64,000 bases of DNA from a virus, in the IMG/VR virus record IMGVR_UViG_3300032050_000079, positions 1 through 64,000 of that record, one strand, 5' to 3'. Each line of letters opens with the position of its first letter. Position 1 is the stretch's first letter. The translations under genes were made by a program, and so were the position numbers. A model generated the notes under the pieces. It saw nothing but the letters and a program-made list of their open reading frames with translations, was not told the DNA's origin and searched no databases. Shown here piece by piece: positions 1-12,277 of this stretch.

Positions 1-860
1 GGAAAAGAAAAAGAAAATCTATCAAAATCTAAAGTGTTTGATTTCGTAAATGATAAAGATCTTGATCTAGAAGTTGGATCTACTACTATAGCTGCGGTGT
101 CGACAGGTTTAATTGAGTTTATCTTACCTTCTATTAATGAAACATTTTGGGTTAAGGTAGACAATACTGGTATAGTTATTTTAATTGTACACAAGCCTAT
201 TGTAGATGACTCAAATGTATATCTCCAATCAAAATTATTTAACCCATTAAAAGCATTTTGAAGTGATACATTTTCTGTTTTAACAATAGATCCTTCGAAT
301 ATTGTTTCTACTGTAACATTAGAGGCCCTACTTATGATGTTGCCAACGTAATTAAAAAGTCCTGAATTTAATTTTGGTATATCTAACTTTCTGTTTTCTA
401 CATCCACTACAGCAGTAGTTAAATTTACATCTGTTTTTGACAAATCATTAAAAGCTTCAGATACAGAATAATAAAATCCATCAGTATTTCTTATAGAAAA
501 AAGTTGATCATCTACTTTTTTTTCTATTTCTGCTCTTTTAGATCTTATTGACTCTATTCTAGAATTATAGGTATTAACTATAGAATATAGATCTTCTATT
601 TGATCGTAAAAAGCTTCGTATAAAACGTCTAGATTATAAATAATATGAACCATTATTCTATTTAAAGTATCCTGATCTATAACCGATTGTGCATTTAGGT
701 CATCATAAGGTACGGTAACAGAAGATCCCGGTGCAAATCTAGAAAAGTATCTTCCATATATATTTGAAATCTCGGAATCAGATGGATCGCTACCAAGCGC
801 ATAATACATCTTGTATATAGTTTCTAGGAACCTTTTTTTCTGTATATTTTCTATTGACAT
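1..860 (-). CDS. Virion/baseplate-periphery protein, 3' end beyond window edge; paralogous N-terminus to the two upstream genes
   Basis: ATG at 860 (MSIENIQKKRFLETIYKMYY...) directly after the stop at 862; my translation stays open to position 1. Absent from the ORF track because it has no stop in the window. Confidence 0.8.
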   Translation of the reverse strand, partial: MSIENIQKKRFLETIYKMYYALGSDPSDSEISNIYGRYFSRFAPGSSVTVPYDDLNAQSVIDQDTLNRIMVHIIYNLDVLYEAFYDQIEDLYSIVNTYNSRIESIRSKRAEIEKKVDDQLFSIRNTDGFYYSVSEAFNDLSKTDVNLTTAVVDVENRKLDIPKLNSGLFNYVGNIISRASNVTVETIFEGSIVKTENVSLQNAFNGLNNFDWRYTFESSTIGLCTIKITIPVLSTLTQNVSLIEGKINSIKPVDTAAIVVDPTSRSRSLSFTKSNTLDFDRFSFSF

Positions 861-861
861 T

Positions 862-3381
862 TTAAACTACCTTTACTCCCAACTTATATGAATAAAGAAT
901 TGGGGTACTGTTACATGACTTATCTTTTGTCATAACCGCTTTAAACAAAATCGACGTAATGTTTTGAGGAACCTCAGGAAAATTATAGTATGCTATTTGT
1001 GGTATGGCTTGATTGTTTGAAAGATTTTGGTTAAATGCTATAACTTCTGGTTTTCCTTCGAAGCTTCTTTGAATAGGAGATATTGGTATCCAACTAGAAC
1101 CATTATCAACACTTACATAGTATTCAATATTTGTTCTTCCTATTACCTCTCCAGCAGAATCTCTTTCAACCGGCAAATGCTCATCAACATTAAGACTTAA
1201 CATTTGAATAGATCCATATATATAGTGTGGCTTAGATATTATTTGACAGCTATCAGAATACTTTTCGCTTCCAACATATATATCTCTAATTCCAATTGCA
1301 GCTCTTTTTGCCTTAAGGTATTCAAAATTTCTTTTTAAGAATAAAGCTTTTTCTGACAGAGAAGATTCCAATTCACTAGAATTTTCTACAGATGTATTTG
1401 TATCTGTAAAAGATTGTGTTATTTTATAGAAAAAAGAACTGTCTAAGTTAATTGTAGAATAATCTAAAGCTGTAGATGCAATAGAAAAAGATTTAGCGTT
1501 TGCATCGACTGCAGTAACTTTATACTTTTTTCTTGTAATTGCAGCGAGCTTGCTATTCTTTGCAAAGTCACCAACAATATTTATGTAAACATAGTCATCC
1601 ACACTAAGCCCATGATTTGTTTGACATATGAAAGTTGTTACCAAACTTGATGTAGAAGTAGAAACAATTTTATTTCTTAAAGACAACGTATAATCTGAAA
1701 TATTTTCATTACCATTGATAAAAATTGCTACTCTACCATTTACATTTTCGTTTGAAAGATCGTCTATAATCCTTGTCTTAAGCAGGGGGGCTGCAGATGA
1801 GGCTGAGGCATCTTTAAATGCTTGCGCTTTGTCTTTAGTAAAAACCCTAAAATTGCATCCATTTAGATTATCTTTTGATGTGTAGTAATAGTATGTATTG
1901 TCTTGTATTCCAGTATATTTTACTCTATCAACGTTTTTATTTGCTTGTTGCGAATACTTAATAGTTGCTGGTCTTAAATCCTGAGCCGAACTCTTATACT
2001 CTGATGGCTTTGAGAAAAATGGAACAATTACAGAACTATCCCAAGATACATCTTCTACTCTTATTGCTTGGTTACCAGAAACTATTCCATAAGGATCAAA
2101 TCTAGACTGATTCTTCCAAGAGGCAGAAGTCAATGGAGTGCTTGCTAACTCTCGTGTCTCGTATGGCTTCCAGTACGTGTGCTTGATTGTCACCTCATCA
2201 AAAGATCCCTGCTCAAATGTAATGAAAACTTTATTAACTTTTACGTTCTCAAATTTAAATACACCTTTATTATAATGATATTTATTTTTTGAGGACAAAT
2301 TAGGAGCAGCTATATCTGAGCCTATAAATATGTTTTCATTTTCAAACAAAGTAAAAATTTTATTATCTTTTTCATTATACAATTTAATAGATGAAACTTT
2401 AATATTTTTAATTAAATGAATTCTATCATAACCAAAAAATGGAACTATTGATATATAATTTATATCAGCTCCAGAAATAGAATTTGTTTGCAACATAACA
2501 GTTAACTTAAGTGGGTTGGACACATCAAAAGACGCCCAATTAATTAGGTTTTGATTTACTCCAGAATTAGAGGACCTATATTGGTATTCATACTGTTGAG
2601 ACTGCTCTATTGGTCTAAGAACTTTAATTGCTTCGTACTCAAAATACGTTGCAGGACTTTCATCAACTATCGCATTTTGATTAGACCTTATAACTGGAGA
2701 GTCTTTTTCATAAATAAATGGGTTGTTACTGGCGTTATCATCGAAATATAAAAAATGATTTCCAAATAATCCGTTTGAAATATCAACAAAAGATATGTCT
2801 TTTAATTGATTACCGTTATAGTTCTGATTCACTACAGAAACTTTTGACATACTCTTTTTTAAACTCTTTTTAGGAAGAGACGCAAACCCTCCTTCAACAG
2901 CGGGCATCAGGCCTGATGGAATTTTTGCGGTGTCGACATGATCTAGATTATTTAACAAATCTCCAAAGTATGATACGTTTGTGGCAGAACTTCCTGAATA
3001 CATTTCTAAAACAGATATTTTAGATTTTATTCTTGCCATAAATTGTTTTTCTGATTCTATTTCAGTTGTCATTGTATTAAAATAATTAATATAGTTTGCA
3101 ACTAATGAATCAAGTTGATTTGATATTATGTTAACATCATTTGAAACATTTGTAGAAAAATTATTAAACTTTACAGAAGAAGGTATTTCTCCTTTTTGAA
3201 AAAAGTCTAACTTGGACGTTGGTATGCCAACTGACTTTTCTATTTCTGTCAGCAAGTTTTTATATGCCTCATCAAAATCTTTAGTACTTGCAAATTTGTT
3301 AGCTGAATATCTAGTCAAAAAATCTTGAACTTTTGAAATTATTTGAGTATATACTAGTGTATCTGTAGATAGTTGAGCCAT
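862..3381 (-). CDS. Large virion structural protein (839 aa), probable baseplate periphery
   Basis: ORF track; lies in the structural operon; shares a coiled N-terminal block and an IEYxVS...WIPIxP motif with 3389-6050. Confidence 0.65.
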   Translation of the reverse strand: MAQLSTDTLVYTQIISKVQDFLTRYSANKFASTKDFDEAYKNLLTEIEKSVGIPTSKLDFFQKGEIPSSVKFNNFSTNVSNDVNIISNQLDSLVANYINYFNTMTTEIESEKQFMARIKSKISVLEMYSGSSATNVSYFGDLLNNLDHVDTAKIPSGLMPAVEGGFASLPKKSLKKSMSKVSVVNQNYNGNQLKDISFVDISNGLFGNHFLYFDDNASNNPFIYEKDSPVIRSNQNAIVDESPATYFEYEAIKVLRPIEQSQQYEYQYRSSNSGVNQNLINWASFDVSNPLKLTVMLQTNSISGADINYISIVPFFGYDRIHLIKNIKVSSIKLYNEKDNKIFTLFENENIFIGSDIAAPNLSSKNKYHYNKGVFKFENVKVNKVFITFEQGSFDEVTIKHTYWKPYETRELASTPLTSASWKNQSRFDPYGIVSGNQAIRVEDVSWDSSVIVPFFSKPSEYKSSAQDLRPATIKYSQQANKNVDRVKYTGIQDNTYYYYTSKDNLNGCNFRVFTKDKAQAFKDASASSAAPLLKTRIIDDLSNENVNGRVAIFINGNENISDYTLSLRNKIVSTSTSSLVTTFICQTNHGLSVDDYVYINIVGDFAKNSKLAAITRKKYKVTAVDANAKSFSIASTALDYSTINLDSSFFYKITQSFTDTNTSVENSSELESSLSEKALFLKRNFEYLKAKRAAIGIRDIYVGSEKYSDSCQIISKPHYIYGSIQMLSLNVDEHLPVERDSAGEVIGRTNIEYYVSVDNGSSWIPISPIQRSFEGKPEVIAFNQNLSNNQAIPQIAYYNFPEVPQNITSILFKAVMTKDKSCNSTPILYSYKLGVKVV

Positions 3382-3388
3382 ATTTTTC

Positions 3389-6050
3389 CTAATTTACTTG
3401 GTTCTTAAATATATTATCATGTTTTACTAAATTAATCAGCAATTGATCTCTTTTTTCGGAAGAAAATTTAAATATTAATCTATCAACAGAATAGTTTTCT
3501 GCTGTGTTATCTAATGATCTCATAACAACTCTATACCTAAAAGAGTCGGGCACATATTGATACATTACCCTAAAACCAGAAGTGATCTCTTTGTTAAAAG
3601 TTATAGTATCGCCATAATGAAGAAATAAAATCTCATCTGTATCATAAAATGATTCTATTTCATAATTATCTAATATATAGTTGGTTATATTTATTGCTGT
3701 CTTTCCATCTTCAAATATTATTTTTACTGGCGAATAAGAAGAATAATCATAAGAACCGCTACTGGTTGAAGAAGAAGTAATAGTTCCGATGGTAGAAGAG
3801 TAGGACGCATTTTGAAACTTAGAATAATCAACAAAAGGATCGTTTCTTAACGTTACTTTCATTCTTCTTGCTGGCCCAAAATATTCCCCATTTGAACCGT
3901 TATATGATGGCGTAACTAAAATGGGACTTGACAAATATCTACTATGTAGTTCTACTTCTTTGTTTATACTGGGATTGCTAGGACTATAGGCTGCATAATA
4001 TTTGTTATTATTATTATAATTTGATACTGTAATCTGTTTTCCTAAAACTGTATATCTTGAAAAATCAATTTTATTACCATTCTCATAAACCGAAACAGAT
4101 TCTGGCAAAGGGACAAACCTTAGTGTAGCTGTAGAGTTATTGAAAAATAAAACCTCTTGATCTATAACATCTTTATCAAAAGGAATAATGGGAATCCAAT
4201 CTGACTCATTCGATGGAGATGGAGCTATAGAAACAGAATATTCAATTGATGTTTTATTATTTGATGAGCTAGACTGATTTGCGTGAGCATCATTGAAGTA
4301 GTCTGTTAGCATTTTTACTTTTAGTGGTCTACCATTAATTGGTATCCTTTTGCTGCAAAAAACTGATTTATTAAATAATGAAACTCTTTCTACCGATGCG
4401 TTTGGTGCTTCGTATAATGAAATATTGCCAAAAGAAAAACTATATTCATATGTATTAATTTCTTCTGTTCCATTTAAAACATTAATTGCTTCTTCTTTTG
4501 ATAATGATCCGTAGCTATTTTCAAAGAAGTGCATGTTTGAGTCGACTATGTTTGAGTCACCCAGCGGAAGCATGGCAGAAAAATTAAAACTTCTTATAGT
4601 TTTGACCTTATCAATTAAATTAGATTCTATATATGTTGAATTAGAACTATTTTTTAATTTAGATCCAAGAGTATAAGTTATAATAGAAAATATCATATTA
4701 GATATCAAGGATGTATTTTTAAATTTATTAAAACTATCTAAGTCAGAATAATACGAATCTCTATCTAATTTTTCTATTGCACCAAAATTCATTCTAGTTA
4801 AAGAAGTTGGATAGTACTTAGTATAGTTGTATGAATATAGTTTTTTATTCCTTAATATATAAGAGTTTTGAGTTTCATTTAAAAAGAATTTAATTACATA
4901 ATCTTGCAGATTGTCATGCTGAACTTTTCTTTGAGCCCTTATTTCAGATACAATTGCAGAAATAATTTTTGAATTTACTTCTGATTGTATTGGAACATTC
5001 TTTTTTCTTACATAAGCTCTTTGAGCTATGATAAAAGTGATTGATTTTATAGTTTGATCAATATCAAAATCAATTACATTCTTTAATGTTTTTGCCTCTG
5101 TCATTAAAGCAGTCTTGACTGTTGCAGACGATGCTCTTGACGACAATTGAGAACCTTTTGTTTCTACTATTACTTGACATAACAAGAGGTTGCTAAAGTT
5201 ATTTGAAAACAATCTTGCTGTTGCTATTGGATAGAAGTTGTCTAGTTCAACTGTTACAGCAACTTGAGCAGATGGATCAACATTTACATTGTTTCTATAA
5301 TTAGAATATTTAGGATTATCAAATATAGAGTCTTTTATAACAAAAGGAGACTTAACAGTTAAGCTCCAAGATTTTTCATTTAAAATATTTAAAAGCTGTT
5401 CTATTCCGGTATCAGAAGAAATATATTCTTTTGAAAAATTAGTTTCATAACTGATATTCTTTATCTTTGCTTGAGTAATTGCTGAAGGTATTAATTGTAT
5501 TGGAGACGACCCAGAAAACTTTAGAGATCCCTGAACTGGGTCAACTTGTGCATACTCAGATGGGACAAAATTTACTCCGGTCTCTATCAGTTAGAGAAAT
5601 TACAACTTGATCATTTTCATAGGAGTTAATATTATTATCAAAATTTTCTATAAAAGACGAATTGTACAAATCATCTTCTCCAGATATAAAAGAATATTTA
5701 TCTATGTATGCTTCTAAGTAGTTTAAATCTTTTTCAATTTTCGATAATTCCCCACCAAACACATTAGATATAGAAGAAGAAAGAAGAGACAAAGAGTTTG
5801 ACACATCATACTGACTCTTAACTCTTAAATCAATATCTCTAAATATATCAATAATAGATTCTTTTTGCGTAACTTCTAATGGCCTTATCACTCTAGGAGA
5901 ATACGAAGCGGGACTTGTAAAAGAAGAAACTTTTGATATTAAGTTTGATAATTCATTTTTTTCCATCAAACTTTCAGAAAGTATAGATGTTATCTTTCTT
6001 CTTGTTTGTGAGCTAAAAGATGTTATTTGATCATTTAATTCTGTTAACAT
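3389..6050 (-). CDS. Large virion structural protein (~886 aa), one +1 shift at CGGA 5579-5576
   Basis: ORF 5556-6050 reads ...GAT AGA GAC CGG AGT; skipping C5579 gives DRD-G-VNFVPSEYAQVDPVQGSLKFSG..., open into ORF 3389-5212. Confidence 0.8.
5576..5579 (-). other. CGG +1 recoding site (GAC CGGA GTA)
   Basis: In-frame CGG at codon 158; zero-frame TGA 7 codons later; +1 frame open to 3389. Confidence 0.85.
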
Positions 6051-9000
6051 TATAATGTTCTCCAGTCATTTCCTTCTAAGTCTTGAACATCAAAACTTAC
6101 ACCAGCTGTCAAGTTAGATCTTATCACTGAATATAGCTGCTCTTCTGATTCAAAGTAACTCTTAACTTCTTTTGGTATTTTTACTATAACATATCCACCG
6201 TTTGGATATATATATCCTTTACCAGTATATACGTCAGCATAGGAGCAGACATTAGAGTCTGTCTTTGCAAGACTCTTTTCGTCTTGTGTTCCAGATATTC
6301 CGCCACCTCTTACTCTTAAATCTAAGAAATTAATATTATTAAAATCATTTTTACTTATTATATTTGCAGTGCCGATCAAAAGAGCTAAAGGATTATATTC
6401 AGCTTTATCTGGATTAAATATATTATAACTTGAAGTCCAGTTAATTACAGAATTGTAAGATTGATTGATTACCTTTGAGTATTCGGGTTTATCAATATAT
6501 TCTATTTTTGAGGGAAGCAAATATATATAAATAGGTTTATCAGAAATATCAGAAATTGGGCTAAATGGATTTATAGGTATCTCCGATCCATTGATGTGCC
6601 TAATTATAATGTCTCTATTTTTAACAGAATAAGTAACTCTAATATTTTTTTCGTTTGATGGAACTATTTCTTTTTTAAATATTATATTACCTGTGTTTTT
6701 ATTATAATCTAAAATTAAGTCCTCATCTATTGTTAGCCAAGAATTATTTGAAGAATTATAAATTTCAACTTTTACCCATGGCAATATCGGTCTTGCGTCA
6801 CTAAAGTTGCCGTCTATAGATTGCTTATCTATCTGCTTTTGATATACATGTATCGAACCGTGCCTTAATTGTATTTCGTTATCTGAAATAACAATTGGAT
6901 TTTCTTCTCTTACATCATAGTATCCAGTGCCAAAAAATTCAGAAGAGTTAGAAGCGTATGCGGTAGTGTCATAGAGGCATCTCAAACTTCTTCCAGCATA
7001 TTCTTTCATGAAATTACTATACCTGTTTAACGGTATCTGAACGTTCTTAAAGAATTTTCCTCTTCCAACTCCAATAAACCAAGAATCAAATTTAGACAAA
7101 TTAGCTGGAGGAGCAGAAACCCCCACCTTTGATAATGACTTTGCCTTAACTGAGTATAAGGGGGCAACTATTTTTGTAGGGACGGAGCTATGCTGAACTG
7201 CAAATGCGTCTCCATTTAGTATGTTACCAGTCTGAGGATCCCCATCTAGATCATAAGCTAGTAAGGCAATATAAATATTATTTGGATCTTCCGATATGTA
7301 CTCATTATATGATATTTTTTTCCCATAAAGTTTCTTTGTTACAATATTATAAAAACCCCAAGTTATTCCTGTTGGCTCTACTCCACTATTGAGATTCCAA
7401 TTCAATATCATGTCACCAAATGTTACGTCTATACTAGGGCTTGACGCTGCGTAAGAAGCAAAATTAGGAAATCCTGTTGGTTGTCCTTGTGAATCCGTCA
7501 GTACAACTATTCCATCTTTTGCTGATATAGTTGTAATATTGTTACGAATTGTTGCAGATATATTATCTGCGTCTGCTAAATAGTATGAATTAATTTGTGT
7601 AACAATTGGATCAGTTTGAAGATTAAAAGACTTATTGTTTATTGATGCTAGTACATATTTATTAACTGAAGTTGTTGCAGTTGAAGAAAAATTAGAAACA
7701 GATTCAGAAACAGCTGGTGAAACATTGGTTTTTTGGGCAGATAAAATAGTAGGAGTTTGGGTAACCGAAATGTTTCCAGTATTAACAGGTTCCAAAGAAA
7801 AATTAAGATTCTGATTATTTAAAGAGTAAGTAATAAGAGAATTATTTTGAGATCCATTTTGATAAAAATAAAATGGATTAGCACTATTATAGTTTGGATT
7901 TGTATATCTATTTGTTTCTAGATGAACTAGATCTTCGGCATCTACATATATATCGCTTAAAGATACTTCTGTGATAGTCAACGATGCGTTTGAAGATGTA
8001 TTAGTCACTAAGTTTAATGGCTTATTTAGGTCAATAACAGAGTAACCACTTGCGTCTATTGTTGCAGTGCCTTTGATTTTTCCATTTCCATAACCATATA
8101 CTGGTCCTGTTTCATCTTCTTTAATTTCAACATTTTCATTAACGGTAACATCAAATATTACATCTGATATAGAAAAGCCCTCTGCATAGGGTCCGTGACC
8201 ATTTATTTTTTCTCCAACTAATTCTAGCATTACGTATTTAATATTTGTGCGTTCTGCTATATCTATGTAGTAAGTATCGTTCTCAGCAACAGTGACATTA
8301 ATCGACCTATTTGCTATTGATCTAATCCCATTAATTCTTGAGTTCGGTATAATGTGCTCGCTTGCAGGAACTAATTCTCTGTCATAAAGATATACGTGTT
8401 TAATCTTTGTTTTCCATTGACCAGCTACAAGATATAAACCATGTAGTATCTCAGTTCCGTCTGGTACCTTGACAATAATATAATCATTTATATATGAAGA
8501 TCCTCTTGTTCCAGTAAAACCAATTCTTCTATATTCTGAATTTCCAATATCAGATATATCTGAGAAAGCAATTGCTGAATATATATATTCTTTTACTTCA
8601 TTGTCTGGAGCTTGATTAATAAGTTGCTGCAATCTGTCTGGATTATTTATTTTTAAATCTAACCAAAAATGAGCTAGTACAGATTTTGTTTCAGAATCAA
8701 CTACGCCATCTATAAAGCTTTGTGATTTTTTTCTTTGGAAAGTTGATATAGCGGAGGAAACTTTTGGTCCATATTCTCCATCTATAGCCAATTTCTGAGT
8801 AAGTCCTATTAAAGATGCCTGACAGTTTAGTGTATATTGTATGTATTTAACATAACTGTTTTTAACAGTAATAATCGTATTGCTTGAGCTGGATGCAGAA
8901 GTGGGTGCTGGTGCTGGTGCTGGTGCTGGAGCTGAAGCTGCGGCTATCTGTTCTGCTGTTCTCCAATAATAAAAAACTTTTCCATTATTTACAAATTTGT

Positions 9001-12000
9001 AAACTTGTACCAGGATTTCAAATCCTGTTTTTTGTGAATTTATTCCGTTGAAAAAGTCCGGCTGGATATTTTGTTTTTACAAAATAATCTAAGTCAAAAG
9101 GATCTCCCCAAAGTTCTGCATTGGGAGCTAAAGATTTTGACCACTCCTTTGCAAAATTAATAAAATGCGCAGAGTAGGACACTAACCTACCTTTAGTATC
9201 TGATGGAGAATTCTTAACCGCGACCAGATAACCTCTGGTAACATCCTCAAAATGATCAAGACCTCTTGAATTGTCAGTTATATCAATATCAACAATTGGT
9301 GTAAATTGTGTTGAGTTAATAGTAACAATTTCATTATTACCTCCTGAAGAAGTCCCTGAAGAACCTCCTGAAGAAGTCCCCGAAGAGCCTCCTGAAGAAG
9401 TCCCTGAAGAACCCCCAGAATATTGAACTTTATACCCCAAATACCTTCCAGATCTTGGTATGTCGTCTGTGTAATGAAAATTGTTCTGTGCGACTAGTGT
9501 TGAATCTTGATCTATCGCCAGTATATCTGTTCTTGAAAATATCTTTGAGGAATACGGCATTCCGAAAAACGGAGATTGACTATTTATGATAGGAAGGTAT
9601 CTTTCTGTTACTTCTGATATGCTTCTGTCAATTCTTGCTTTTCTATTTTCGTTTCTTACTATTGCGTTTTTTACAGTACCAGTTCCTTGCATTCTGACAG
9701 AAAATGGAGCTTCCCAATTAATAGAATAACTAGAATTTGTTTCTGTAACTTTAGTTACTGAAAATTCATTTTTTAAAGAAAAGTTGTAGTTTCTTACCAA
9801 CTGTGTTCCGCCAAGATATCTTGATGGTATCTTTGTATTGTTGCTTATTTCAGAGTTATATTCTGATTCATCGACCAACATATATGGATAGTGAACTAAT
9901 GAAAAATCTATTTCAACTGAATTAACTTTTGAATGAGCATCAATAGCCACTGTCCTTGCTAGAGATATTTGACTCTTTGCTGCTGTAGACAATTTATAAA
10001 CAGTATAAGGGGATGTATTTCCTGAATAAAAATATTGATCATTTCCTATAGAGCCAAAATTTAAAAACTCAACATTAGGGTTCGTACACTCTATGTAGAA
10101 AGTAACATTTGAATAGTCTCTATTTACAATAGATGAACTAACTGATGAGTTCTGATTGAAGTCGGCATCAAACACATTCGTTAAAGAAGAGTTTACTTGT
10201 CTACAAAATTTTGTTTGTGCGCTTTGAGAATTAGAGTCGGTTGTTATTTCTGTTTTCTCTGCAAAATTATATTGTTGTTTTTCTTGTTCTGTCAAAACAG
10301 TTATTTGATTATTAATTTTTCTTCCATTAATAGTCCAAGAAGTTCTCCACGGAGAAACACTCCAAACCACTGAAGATTGAGCTTGAGCCGATCTAGAAGA
10401 TATGTTTTTATTTTTAATACTTTCTAAGACTATATTATAAAATAGTTTTACTGGACCCTCTGTAATTGAGTTAATAGACGAAGAAGAAAAACTTAATCCA
10501 TTTGTTGCCCCATTGTTTGAAACTACAGTTCCTATAACAGAGTTGACATACGAATCATTCAAATAGGTTCCTATTGCATTTGAACAAAAGTAAACGCCAT
10601 TTCGCATTTGAACTTGGTTAGAGACAACGCTAGGATCTGGAAAGAAATTTTTTTTCAAAATGATAGGATAATTATTTGTTCCATCTTGAATATTGCAAAC
10701 TGAATCGTTGCTTATCAATTGCCAATCTGAACTAGCGTTAAATGATTTAATAGAAGACAGTTGGTTAGTTAGTAAACTTTTTCTTATACCAAAAGCTCCA
10801 TAAGATTCATTCCCCGTTGTGTGGGAATATTCATTCATATTCCATCCATTAAATGTTGTCTTACCATTTTCGTAGGAGGAATTTAACTTAATTAAACCTG
10901 CTGTTTTATTTGAAGCTGAATAATTTAATCCAAAGAAAGACAAACCAGATAAAGTAGAAGAGCTCATATCTAGATTAGAACAATCTATAAAGACAGAAAC
11001 TCCCGAAGATAGTAGTCTACGTATAGATATATATTCTTGCTCTAGAATTGTAGATGTTGGACACCAAAACAAAATATCATAATTATAGTTATTAATATTA
11101 ACATCAGACAAAGAAACTTCCCAGTACGCTGCAGAATTTTTATCTGTTAAATTTGGAGAAGCTGGATTTTGAATTGATAATCTTTGGCTATTAATATTAA
11201 ATTGCTCTAAATTGCTAAATACATATGGATATTGAGTCCTTGATTCTGATGCCCTCTTTATTACTGCAGCCCTGATTACTGGAGAGGTTCTCCCCTGCAG
11301 TAATCCGTAATCATAATTTACTTTAGCTACTATTCTCCAGTTAAATGACTGAAAAGTTCTTGGGTCTTGGAAAGCTTTTCTCGGAACGAAAGCTTTCCAT
11401 CCAGGCTCATCGTTTTTATGTTTCAATAAATTGTTTTCTTTATGAGAAAACATTTGAACAGAATATACTCTTCTGTCTTGAGAAGAAAAATCAACTACCT
11501 CTGCTTCTTCTGGAATTTGATCATAAAGATTTACTGAATTAATTGTTTCTTTAAAACCTAGGAATTGATTTTTTGGCAGACCGTCAGAAGTTATTTCATA
11601 CTTGTCGTATATTAAACTTATTCCATTGGCATTAACGTCTTCTAGCAAGACTATTATTCTATAAAAAGAAGTTCCATTTATAATGTCACCAGAATTTCTT
11701 GAATATTTTTCTAAAATAATTTTATACTTAGGAGTTCCATCTGCGTTTTGATATTTAATTCCATCTTTGTTGACAACCTTAATGTTTAAAGATTCTGGAT
11801 CCTCAACTGGAAGAGATGTAGTTAATTTTGAATAAATCGGAAAATCGTTTTTTTGTATTGTAAAATGATTGCTTACGTAATAGCTATGTGCGAAAATTTT
11901 CTGAGAAAGATCATCTATAGATGAAGTAAAATTAAGGTCGTCTTGTACGCTTAAGTTTAAAATTTTATCACTAATTGAAACTTCAGGGCTTGGAATAATG

Positions 12001-12276
12001 GGAGAATGTTTTAATTGAGACTTATATGGGTCTGCCTTAGCATACCTAAGCACTCCGAACTCGTCTGCGTACATAATTGAATCAGTTTCTGTAACTGATG
12101 CTGGCACTGTTGCTTCTGGAATATTTTGAGAAAAATCAACAACACTTAAAGAATTTGACGGAGTTATTTCTTCTGATGAATACCATCCGCAGATTTACTG
12201 CCCCTTTTGGCAGGGTTGTGCCTTTTTTAATTGCATTTTCTTTTTGGTCTTGTGTTTTATTCTCAAATATTTTCAT
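6050..12276 (-). CDS. Giant virion protein (~2074 aa) with internal peptidoglycan-binding (PG_binding_1-like) domain; two +1 shifts at 12189 and 9047
   Basis: ATG 12276 (MKIFENKTQDQKE...) follows the stop at 12278; the CGGA skips join it to ORFs 9018-12107 and 6050-8791. The reconstituted segment YVKYIQYTLN...LAIDGEYGPKVSSAISTFQ...IDGVVDSET matches the PG-binding repeat pattern. Confidence 0.8.
9044..9047 (-). other. CGG +1 recoding site (CAA CGGA ATA)
   Basis: In-frame CGG; zero-frame TGA 9 codons later; +1 frame reads GINSQKTGFEILVQVYKF... open into 6050-8791. Confidence 0.85.
9340..9411. repeat. 3 x 24-bp tandem repeat encoding a (SSGTSSGG)n linker
   Basis: cctcctgaagaagtccctgaagaa at 9340, 9364 (2 mismatches) and 9388. 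Confidence 0.9.
12186..12189 (-). other. CGG +1 recoding site (CTG CGGA TGG)
   Basis: Codon 30 from ATG 12276; +1 frame gives AVNL-G-WYSSEEITPSNSLSVVDFSQNIPEATVPAS, joining ORF 9018-12107. Confidence 0.85.
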
Positions 12277-12277
12277 T

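Noticed and set aside
9340-9411. CRISPR-like repeat
   Set aside because: The units are contiguous with no spacers and encode an in-frame Gly/Ser linker.
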